The position numbers and the translations under genes were made by a program. Below are positions 58,701 to 64,000 of a DNA stretch of 64,000 nt, piece by piece. Each line of letters opens with the position of its first letter. The first letter of the stretch is position 1. Location of the stretch: IMG/VR virus record IMGVR_UViG_3300030390_001024, positions 1-64,000 of that record; one strand, written 5' to 3'. The DNA is from a virus. The notes beneath the pieces were generated by a model. The model was not told where the DNA came from. It did not search any database and saw only the letters and a list, made by a program, of their open reading frames with translations.

Positions 58701-59893
58701 GGATTTTGTTGTGATAAATATTTTAAATGATTTTGTTCTACTCTATTGCTAACCATACCAGATTCAAGTTTAGCTTCAGATAAAGCAATATTAAATTGTC
58801 TTATATCTCTATAGAAACCACCAAAAACATTATGGCTTTTAGTAATATTAAATAAATTTTGTGCAGCATTACCTGATGTTTGCCAATTCTTTATAGCAAA
58901 AGTAGTTTCTGGTGCAACAAATCTTCCAAAAGCTTCTGCACCACCAAAAAATAATTGTTTAGCATTATCAGCATCATTAAGTGATCTTGCTATAGTCTCA
59001 CCGGCACTTGCATATCTTTTAACATCAAATAAATTAGCAATAGATTTCCCTCCTTGGTATAAGATTCTACCTGTACCTGCTACAAAAGCAGCAAAACCTG
59101 CTGGTGCTCCTACACCTGTGGATGCTAATGCAGCTGACCCCATTGCCAACACTAACTCTTCTACTGCTATAGATGCAATAATACCTGCTGTATAACCAAA
59201 GCTTAAACCAGTATTAGTCAATAAACCAATAGCTCCACCTTTACTTGTTGAACCTATTCTCATAGCATCTTCCATAGTATTTGCTGCTACTAAATCTGGA
59301 GCTGAAAAATAACCATCTCCATCAATTAGATCTGCTATAGATCTATAGGAAGATCCAGCACCAATCCAAAATTGACTACCTAATTGATCCCAAGCTCTAC
59401 CTAAATCATCAACCTTACTACTATTAGCATTATAATTACTTTCATTATTTGCATAAACATTAAAACCTAACTTATTATAATTAGGACTAGCATAAAATCT
59501 ATCAAAATTACTATTTTTAATATTACCATAATCTGGTGAAGTAGCTACTAAATCATTTCCTGATGGTTGAATTGCTGCTGCTTTTAGTTGTTCAATTGGA
59601 CCAAGATCAGATATTTGAGTTTTAGTGGGATTGTATCCTATGTCTAACAATCCCGGGTCATTACTTGAAACATTACCAATTACTTCAGGACCATACTTAA
59701 ACATATCACTTTGATACCTGTCTACGTTTAATAACGCAGCTGGGTCAGCCATGTTCAGAAAGTCTGGACCATACTGTTCTGTATCCATCAATGACTGAAT
59801 TGTTTTATATGGTTTAGCATTATTTATTAAATCAACCTGAGGATTGTTATCTTTAATATTTTCCTGTAAAGATTGTGGATCTTGGTTTTCCAT
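46730..59893 (-). CDS. Virion-packaged DNA-dependent RNA polymerase polyprotein (phi14:2 gp66-like) with zincin domain
   Basis: GADFDIDQ catalytic motif (49352-49366); AVRIP; HEAFH (53756-53770) with downstream EEYMADQF. Confidence 0.92.
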   Translation of the reverse strand: MENQDPQSLQENIKDNNPQVDLINNAKPYKTIQSLMDTEQYGPDFLNMADPAALLNVDRYQSDMFKYGPEVIGNVSSNDPGLLDIGYNPTKTQISDLGPIEQLKAAAIQPSGNDLVATSPDYGNIKNSNFDRFYASPNYNKLGFNVYANNESNYNANSSKVDDLGRAWDQLGSQFWIGAGSSYRSIADLIDGDGYFSAPDLVAANTMEDAMRIGSTSKGGAIGLLTNTGLSFGYTAGIIASIAVEELVLAMGSAALASTGVGAPAGFAAFVAGTGRILYQGGKSIANLFDVKRYASAGETIARSLNDADNAKQLFFGGAEAFGRFVAPETTFAIKNWQTSGNAAQNLFNITKSHNVFGGFYRDIRQFNIALSEAKLESGMVSNRVEQNHLKYLSQQNPGKDLTAVQLSDTKVKAAQAAFRTQMQNFGIIYLSNKFVLKGAFGSWRRGYKNLADKVFRTNPLVDAVSGRALKGIYKKGKTALGVPYQAIGGAFAAAGWKSAPRALGSVMLRYGASGIAEGLQEVSQEAIAATNEGYYGALLREPGSATKNLYGSFAMDGVKDQFTAQGLNTFLSGFLMGGLAGPYQNVLFQQVPKIFAMRGKVSRADYVQAKQAEEKVISDIIRNTEDLSEKGRTGIDGLLNKKQLQMSAMKQASNAMDDAISRNDKYDYFNENLFLEFKNIHELYKQGSIGFYKQDMEGYSQLDDKTLGQAFPANEFGSIQKVRSKIQKQLDLISEYGDMFNNKQTIFKPRYKPEMFTPGTRKYRDEQRLKRAHEHQEMFYMFTQSAFKDALNRKIKIAQSLESTPLYGNMAASDVTPLLDKESLQIEIDRLQEEIALLEQNTNNQSGLDKVAIKRNKKSLQEKKRKKKNLDRINKVYNDNLTEKGFFDQRKKTKLKGPIDNYLKSLAVDKGTFVDADAVDKAINEIVDYAALSQDAFLFNNTIDYLLDPNKMEDLINRSAEYFKMLEANQRQIITAQIKSQLKLSKQNQMLNALGSRDVYLTPEATEVFLETGDTASIDQSNSYLYAGRLLDPDVLEDNIIIDNLINPVLNRYNKLIEITEEADKSQEEVAKEGAKDVEQILDNAGIKNTEVTPTINSVILNRTLEEQFRQYQAIPNRDSLGIEEWKESSAGINIETAYDAIKKIWSGGYPVALPSGDIVQNVPTESEVKNETGFQNFINGPAQENPAILDVLDQLNLNLSIFKTVRQKPSNVIFEGAVVDVEEKVINKRDRENTSTYTILDKKGNKISAEYRQIIGANSLGVYSQKADALQAAETLEKEVDTGGVYRFGGVNGLSISKNERIINKQGEVFVVNTGKTSFDKGAQQSIFIIPMKKFSDDFYTNLENSISISEQDFINNFVLAAPINFNVLGNTYSKMRPNEMIEAWSHKNAYTEPKESANARTDLIINNLSTEELKGLNLFIKPVEQLPSKNYVVPANGLKPNPYIQENSNTYNIGIQIIDPDVITKINDLYEANKDITPLEEEANNVFAYLPSQRFNFKDKDGKAVMSQDFDVEYMKSVIKFDKDLTGIDIDSQSNLSSGVQTLQYIRENFAKAAILNQAIQKVVNEDGRGQVLFGQLPDSIRINFFEGYDNYTKPNTFTQLKDLKFSSDNLGNYIIYDISVGGNNAAPGVISNLDGKALDILRDETKAALKKGLWKEKVEGGTNRYMVVLKQPNGVYSVVTSKTKVQQKVDLDIELLRLINRAQKTVNENLDKNNKVKDINFNEIFNKETQSKIFITAKPGTGRKVFLDVDKNGRIRMRVKDEISNENRTSTGTLYKNVGDEQFLFPADLELGVAEKNRSSARDLIQPLLNKINEDKETGDGIISFKNFTTSIDEGANIDDFLTDLETAIDPNQLRKGYRLLTTASPKAIQRELSKGNISVTPLIEESAPENIEVLPDIAEEVEVLEEVRSLKFVLNKIEALREEIAQRVGNKNRRKALKDSKEYQDLLKERDELRGANKIVEGSFNSTNIETIDSFSVWASQTLPDYIGIADITTLRSNLITTGTRVGSFVLNINDIAGGLDVSGTIYTGANSPFRYHEAFHGVYRMILTPQEQAKYLRIARKEQKANLRKEGKSLASELQKFRNSADTYTNMSQERLEREYFEEYMADQFELFKTGPKNTKTSSEVKSLFTRILDWIKSILNQFHKNELTSLFKNIDAGKFQSAPIATNEFTTLGSSVEANKLIPYQTVDRDAGIGELYVPSFVANGIVSSMAGVLIDRKFDFIPTEEKLKFDQDEELDIIVDEFAETYDVYSDANSQFIAGSKEHDMLTLLTRAFEDFVPQIKESVTDILDIIDLQSAQQVERNDDFINNEGLRTVQQYGKETYLSGGLDNLPAAVRKYIGTITYIEKDYFGNTTLVNGTPITVPVNANTVYNGILKSVEGLEDPVEMLQAMYAFSQTNPQTEAVVNQIFENSGINMPESYVEDFTFEQFPLGITNPNFLIKILNSFTNFRVEWFFTQRDMMGNTIIHSASQRDDSNNQLNSWSEGYSSKLQLWQDDSNIRKNALNALVTIKADLTPKDTLIEADVLSERSGELSKLLFDNLGISISPGYISFSRLMARTNISKAQRQYLSFYPDVQPMTVNDINVFYELVDKEVDIFSPQGTESKLKKLALANASFDETIGATVFKNSNNDLVNSHQQPTFNLRKTRALNSTSERARLLQDDYLTNNFLLNSPAFNVLANNNQVKTSRISGTKVLRSLSADLDVKSSLTLKSTDYGKYTPAEFLLHNINNYLGYYNTLNRKPLKSIVVKDPVSGVDNEVVISANLIRVMESSNTGDQTTLPIIKAVEKVQGRDVITDEVLEAFYNFVENEYNRIVRENGPDRTTDVIEGYNTGEYRAKTFANNETLLRIDIRSALIQEALSEEPAAFEQALRAAKLNKKSFKRSLEINLDAKFKDFNSLIDKLNIRNRINKKIIRGLTAGAVGAVKETAESTAAMYNLISSDSLYNLKQVFLSNYLNVKSLNELYLSDQAKVLEGFTNKSKRAKGNNNSFLPAETYLTDPSSGVMHETNKINLVSFYEPTLESALSPKNIKIADAQAYGTVKTTRHIEFGIGNMTPALASALNKIEAGEVLQWDEIDGLVSQGNMLNSKKYAYFDGETYIKMSYTTLTKELTSMQDSDGMWVAKTGQEKLHNLRVNLEALDKENESISIAAPESALKMMRKNLNPISDLNGQPDGFTQDATTIYAKYFGLQQINPSNKKQITLQSQMKTINTSEQDPNNPVSQKIITSYNKNLKHRSRLKYNAKVRLTFNVEDIKSEIDASKLNNIVSPNLALFSKYAVNSLQASQSNSNLIEFFSSDENNQLKYNLDNPYTIVKYEQLFLTYFSQGVFQEKVNGTSVALVSSLGKNIYRRVFSIEEVNGKVTPDRQEVIRENEFLNGNFVLDNRNLDDLNTGDPLPAGGVIILDRLRYNLKEYKDGKYQGQRYSEAIMPPQSKEVNDLLAYKSKSRRYKNNIPDVVSEMYAVRIPSEDYHSAFNVKVVDFLPNFMGGSAMFSNELIEVSGADFDIDQAYIHMKEFYVENGEFKAYEKNYSSYINYVNKKVNETGNQYSEAIKLYKLQGVIISDSLVDIDQTPAENAGFSKNAIGALKVLGMPITQNDFNKYIKKNKQAPYEAPVSNELVDQKRYLVSNDYLTSGTEPIAYRPSNLDLLNDVWASVQGFAGFSERINQLGKDIDTLTGQTIAFTNNKGASIGSVVSPNLYLSLFKEYKISLGTLKFELDNESYTTFGGTLNKEGKRKQDLMSSLIVAMTDNAKEFLVSKLGLNAHATRMLSNMIQIGVPLETSILLLNQKVIQDIYTKIENDDSQSIQGIKKSINNLIERDDKGKIVKGQVPNYEILKRGVGVNLEGAELQGVVQTFSTIMNISDFTVKLNSWVSLNNGLGKNIDSISLRVETMDEFVNNPYYIKVRNMLSNSYVSGLGEQLEDLNKNILPKMFLSQTPRVKLITTALVRNLDPETYKNSEYARSKVKKDILAFITFGAYQNIDENNPLSNGVLYPGQDNEQGSVWNAVQQLRISDPGNFFLFNFVTTYKPNDKGNASGLYLALANTWRRLNRLQKYDLQTSFNKLYNDPDTRGYAKTIIDYIMVKDGLQLATGSLLESMSPYVLGDYLSAINSTEKYLASQAYIDSGANRGFVQNYLLSASNAKLLPAKFSEASDKEIAIRRIDITDEQTGRITTVFERNDAEKTPAELKGSPLQFGAGFMFGNRPTFNQMLAKPEVSEKNSEVVESDKPIEQTTKVPEIFRNQSVNMDITNEEISFNSINIKDTKELDAAQASIAEATENITSEELGILETEEFNISEQRQELIGQLDMFDPSISHPEITEFWDNNIEDGSFKTEVKNFKRENNINSLEDLLDLYDTNPNSMWSSPQDLIDQIKKCNL

Positions 59894-59909
59894 ACTTAAC
59901 TATTAATTA

Positions 59910-62900
59910 TTATTTTGATTCTTTGCTTTTTGCATCATAAGCTGCATCATTATTTATTTTCTGATTAGCTATTGTAGCTAGTACAAAATCATAATATTCA
60001 TCATAGCCCATTGTGTTTTGATCTTCACCACCTAATATTGTTGAAAGTGATTCTTGTCTATAACCATTAGGAAATTTAGTAACATCAGATTCATAAAAAT
60101 TTAAATAACCATCTACATTTATTTTACCACCAACTTTTTGAAAACTAACAGATCCATGCCCAGCATTATCTTTAAAATATGGTGCAGGATAAGCTGTTGG
60201 TTCAATTGTAAGTATGTTATTATTTGTACTAGCAATTCTTTTTTCTAATGTAGTATTGCTTTGAGTAACTTCATAACCTAAAGGGTTTTCCTGTATAGTA
60301 GAATTTCTAGGAAATATATATGTAATCCCTGATCTTATAACTGATTGAATATCAGATAATGTAACATTGTCAGGGTAAACACTATTGTCTGTATCTATTA
60401 GTGCTTTTACTAAATCATTATTAAAGTTGCTTAATTGATATGCTGCATAAGGTTCGTTTTGTAGTTTACCTGTATTATCTCTAATCTCTGGTCCAAAGCT
60501 ATCAAAGAAAGTTAAGTTCATTGCTAACTTATCTGCACCTATGGTTTGTTGATTTGCTATTCTATCATAAACATATCTAGCAGCTTTATTTTGCCTACTT
60601 GTTATATCTATAGCATCTGCAGATAAAATGTCCACCAAATCATCATTCTCTTCTGCGCTTATTGTTGTGCCTATAAAACCAAAATTACCTGCTCCACTCT
60701 TATTATTAGCATTAATTTGTGCATAAAAATCACCTAAAAATTTATCTTGTGATGTACCTGCGGTTGGTTGTAATGACAAGTTTGATGAGTTAGCTACATT
60801 AAATCTTATATTACTAGCTTCTACAGAACCAATTCCAGAACGGTTATTCATAAATGTTCTTGAAGGGGTGTTTTTCATTAAGGTATTTATTCCACTTAAA
60901 AATCTATCATATATTAAATTTACATTCTTTTCAAGTTGGTCTTCATCTAAAGCAGGTACTGACTTATATGGACTAATATTTTTGCCACCAGAATACTTAT
61001 ACAGCATTTCCAATTCATCTTTTGGCCTCAATTCTTCTTTAGTAGTCATTAGATTACTATTATTCAAAGGACCAAAAAAGTCAATTTGTTTATTTTTATC
61101 TATCTCCCCTGAATTGATTTTTGACATATGAAGCTTTAAAAAATCATCCCTACTTATAATAGATTTAGTTTCATCATCTATTGGAAAAACATATCCATTA
61201 TCTAATAATAACTGGATATTTTTTTCTGTTTGACTCATGTCTTCTTTCTTAGTATTTGATAAAGAAAGCTCCTCTAATTTTCCTTTCTTATACTGATCTT
61301 TCATAGCTAAGTCTACAGCAGTATTATAAAGTTCAATCTGCGTTGCTAATCCAGGAGTTGATATACTTGTTCCACTATTAAATAGTTTATTGCTTATATT
61401 CATAAAAGGACTCCTAGGAGATGTATCAATACCATTCTTATGTGCTTGAGATGCATCAGAATAATATTTTTGTAATTCTGCAAATAGACTTTCTATACCA
61501 GCTGCATATTCATAGTTATCAGTTGGTAATTGTTCTTCATCTAATTTTTTATTACTAATCTTTTTAACAACATCTTGTAAATTACCTGTGTAATAATCTT
61601 TTGGTTCATTTGGATCAGGGTTTTCAACTAAGGGAATCTTATAATATCCTGCTCCTTTTGCAGCATCTTTATATAGCCCTGAAGTTGCTATCATCTCTTC
61701 TAACATATCAAGTCTGGAAGTCAATAAAACATTTTTATCTTCATTCATTGCAATCATATCCATTTCATACGGAGTGTCTGATCCAACTATTTGATTCTTC
61801 TTGTTTACAAAAAAAGTTGCACTTTTGCCTTTTATTGGATTTACTTGTTGATTAACATAATTTGTATAATTTCCTCCTCCTGCCTCTATCAGTTTTAACT
61901 CTTTATCCCTAGCAGCCTTTTTGCCTGCTGCAATATCTTCTAATCTATACTTTTCTACTTGTAAATTCCAATCATGTTTATACTTTAAATTTTCTAATTC
62001 AAAGTTATTTTGTTCTTGAGTAACTTCCATTTCTCTCATACTAAATTGTCTAGCAGCTGTACGTACATCTGTATCAATATTGTAATTAGACAAAAGAGCC
62101 ATTGCTTTATTAAACAATGCTGCATCATCTGGATCTGAAGTAGCAGCAAACTGATTAATTTTAAATAATCTATCTAAATCAGCTTTCATTATTTCTGCGT
62201 CACTCAAGTTTTCATTTCTAATATTTTCATCTAAACTATTAGGAACTACACCATGATTAGCTGCATAGTTATCCCAATTTACATTTACTTGATTTTTCTT
62301 TCTTAATTCATATTCTTTTTTTGATTGAAACTCTAGATTCTTATTTTCTATTCTAGAAATTTGTTCACTAGCCCAAGCATTTAATCCTTCTTGTTCTGTT
62401 GCAAATACACCTTTGCCTACCATAGTTTCAGCAAAATCATAAGCTTGTACATAAGACTTAGCATTATAAAACTTCTGTACTCTAGGGTCATCTATTAAAG
62501 CAGACATAATTTGTTCATATGCAGCTCCTTCTATTATGCTTCCATTCTTTTGTGTTATTAAAAAATTCCTATCTTCCATAAAAATTGGAGCTCCTGTTGT
62601 TGGATCTACTTTACCTGAATTTTTTATATTGGGCATAGGCATAGATATAGTTAAACCGGGATCTAATTCTGATAAATACTTTTGTGCATTTTGTACTAGA
62701 TCAGCATCTAAAATCAATTCAGGAAGTGGTTGACTTTGTAAATCACCTCTTTCAGATTCTATAAACTTTCTTCTGTCTATTTCAAGTTTACGTAAACTTA
62801 CTTCACTATTTGCTAACTCTCTTGTTTCTTGATTTCTACTTGAAGCTAGATTCTGGTATTCTTTTATAGCATCATTATATGCTCCAGTCCATACCATATC

Positions 62901-63221
62901 ATATACTACTTCATCATCCTCAAAAAATGGTGCAAATGCTGACTTAGCAGCTTGTACATTTTGTTCTAAAGAAAGATCCATACCAGATATTTTTTCTAGT
63001 GATGGTCCTAATTTTTCAGCATATTGTCTTTGATACTCTAAGCTGTTTGGGTTAGTAAGTGGTGAATACACAACTTTATTATATAAATCATTCTGTGCTT
63101 TCCATCCTGCATTATATTTAGCCTGACGTGCATCTAATGTAGCAGACAAAAACTTATAGTCTGGTGTAAATGCTTTAATGTCTGGATAAAAATTCTTTTG
63201 TCCTTTAATGTATGTTGCCAT
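59910..63221 (-). CDS. Large virion cargo protein (1103 aa)
   Basis: Helical protein immediately upstream of the vRNAP gene, as in crAss-like phages. Confidence 0.7.
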   Translation of the reverse strand: MATYIKGQKNFYPDIKAFTPDYKFLSATLDARQAKYNAGWKAQNDLYNKVVYSPLTNPNSLEYQRQYAEKLGPSLEKISGMDLSLEQNVQAAKSAFAPFFEDDEVVYDMVWTGAYNDAIKEYQNLASSRNQETRELANSEVSLRKLEIDRRKFIESERGDLQSQPLPELILDADLVQNAQKYLSELDPGLTISMPMPNIKNSGKVDPTTGAPIFMEDRNFLITQKNGSIIEGAAYEQIMSALIDDPRVQKFYNAKSYVQAYDFAETMVGKGVFATEQEGLNAWASEQISRIENKNLEFQSKKEYELRKKNQVNVNWDNYAANHGVVPNSLDENIRNENLSDAEIMKADLDRLFKINQFAATSDPDDAALFNKAMALLSNYNIDTDVRTAARQFSMREMEVTQEQNNFELENLKYKHDWNLQVEKYRLEDIAAGKKAARDKELKLIEAGGGNYTNYVNQQVNPIKGKSATFFVNKKNQIVGSDTPYEMDMIAMNEDKNVLLTSRLDMLEEMIATSGLYKDAAKGAGYYKIPLVENPDPNEPKDYYTGNLQDVVKKISNKKLDEEQLPTDNYEYAAGIESLFAELQKYYSDASQAHKNGIDTSPRSPFMNISNKLFNSGTSISTPGLATQIELYNTAVDLAMKDQYKKGKLEELSLSNTKKEDMSQTEKNIQLLLDNGYVFPIDDETKSIISRDDFLKLHMSKINSGEIDKNKQIDFFGPLNNSNLMTTKEELRPKDELEMLYKYSGGKNISPYKSVPALDEDQLEKNVNLIYDRFLSGINTLMKNTPSRTFMNNRSGIGSVEASNIRFNVANSSNLSLQPTAGTSQDKFLGDFYAQINANNKSGAGNFGFIGTTISAEENDDLVDILSADAIDITSRQNKAARYVYDRIANQQTIGADKLAMNLTFFDSFGPEIRDNTGKLQNEPYAAYQLSNFNNDLVKALIDTDNSVYPDNVTLSDIQSVIRSGITYIFPRNSTIQENPLGYEVTQSNTTLEKRIASTNNNILTIEPTAYPAPYFKDNAGHGSVSFQKVGGKINVDGYLNFYESDVTKFPNGYRQESLSTILGGEDQNTMGYDEYYDFVLATIANQKINNDAAYDAKSKESK

Positions 63222-63280
63222 AATTCAAAATTAATATAATTTATTAAGTTTACTAATATTAAATAATAAACCTTTATTGT

Positions 63281-64000
63281 TTATCTTCCCATCTTTCCTA
63301 CTGTCATCCAATATGGGTATGCTGTACGTTTAAGCTTACTCATTTCTCTACCTTTTTTACTGTTTGTTGGTGGATTTACTACACTAGGCACAGTATTATT
63401 ATATTGCTCATAAGGACTATCATCATTATTTGCAGTCTTATTACTGTTCTCTCCCATAATAAGTTCTATATACTTCATTCTATCCTTTTCATCTTTTGGT
63501 CCTTTTGGATCTTGAAATAATCTAAGCACCTCCGCTTCTCTTTTCTCCATATCACTTCTTTGATCTGTTTCCATATTTGGATTATTAGTAGAATCAGTAA
63601 ATGTATTTAAACCATATAGTTCAGGTCTAACTTGGAACTCAGGAGATTTAGTTTTATTAAGATTAGAAGTGTTAGCCATATTAGTTTGCATAGTATTCCA
63701 TAACTCATTACTCTTAACAGTATCCCAATTTTGGAAATCAGTAAATCTTTGTAATGCTAAATTAGTTCCTTCATCTTGCAATTCTCTTTGCTTCATGTTA
63801 AACTGATTGTTTCTCATGTTTAAATCAGCATTTACTCTTCCTGCTTGATTAATAATATTAATATTATTTGTATTAGTTCTATTAATAGCATCTTCACTTA
63901 ATTGTACTGCTTTACCAAAGTCTGATCCAGCTACTGCACCTTTACCAAAAGATTTCATAGCATCTAGCTTAGAGGTTAAAGCAGCATTAATGTTATTTAC
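63281..64000 (-). CDS. Virion cargo protein, 5' end outside the window
   Basis: Frame stays open to the window edge; N/Q-rich helical sequence. Confidence 0.65.
   Translation of the reverse strand, partial: VNNINAALTSKLDAMKSFGKGAVAGSDFGKAVQLSEDAINRTNTNNINIINQAGRVNADLNMRNNQFNMKQRELQDEGTNLALQRFTDFQNWDTVKSNELWNTMQTNMANTSNLNKTKSPEFQVRPELYGLNTFTDSTNNPNMETDQRSDMEKREAEVLRLFQDPKGPKDEKDRMKYIELIMGENSNKTANNDDSPYEQYNNTVPSVVNPPTNSKKGREMSKLKRTAYPYWMTVGKMGR

Noticed and set aside
5105-62733. Short opposite-strand ORFs inside long genes (e.g. 5105-5563, 17587-17937, 33625-34092, 44098-44406)
   Set aside because: Shadow frames of well-supported genes, with no motifs
259-64000. Stop-codon reassignment (TAG/TGA) as in some gut crAss-like phages
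   Set aside because: Very long ORFs are intact in code 11, and both TAG and TGA end genes at tight junctions

Overview
A 64 kb, AT-rich fragment of a lytic dsDNA phage with Crassvirales (crAss-like, phi14:2-type) architecture. The host is most likely a marine Flavobacteriia/Bacteroidota; this is inferred from TAnnTTTG promoters, A-rich SD-less translation starts and a flavobacterial-type LRR gene. (1) 1-1261: control region with C-rich and iteron-like repeats and structured RNA-like elements, possibly near the genome end. (2) 259-25556, + strand: early/replication module with SF2 helicase, UDG, DnaB, Sak4-like ATPase, SSB-like proteins, primase, RusA-like resolvase, a VWA-metallopeptidase/MoxR cluster, PD-(D/E)XK nuclease, family B DNA polymerase, SET protein, DUF932 and a dATP/dGTP diphosphohydrolase-like protein. 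(3) 25649-35800, - strand: tail/adhesin genes, holin and micro-ORFs. (4) 36086-38699: a + strand class Ia RNR cassette. (5) A three-gene envelope cassette, then the giant virion cargo genes including a 4387 aa virion RNA polymerase (DFDID motif), running off the window edge. Best candidates for novel biology: a five-gene MoxR/VWA system whose three flanking genes share an unnamed helical domain; a dispersed family of three-way-junction RNA structures; an outer-membrane barrel / membrane anchor / redox-dead thioredoxin cassette; an unannotated 28 aa CDGSH Fe-S micro-protein; and a chimeric LRR protein with a T9SS-like tail. All calls come from reading motifs by eye; no database search was run.
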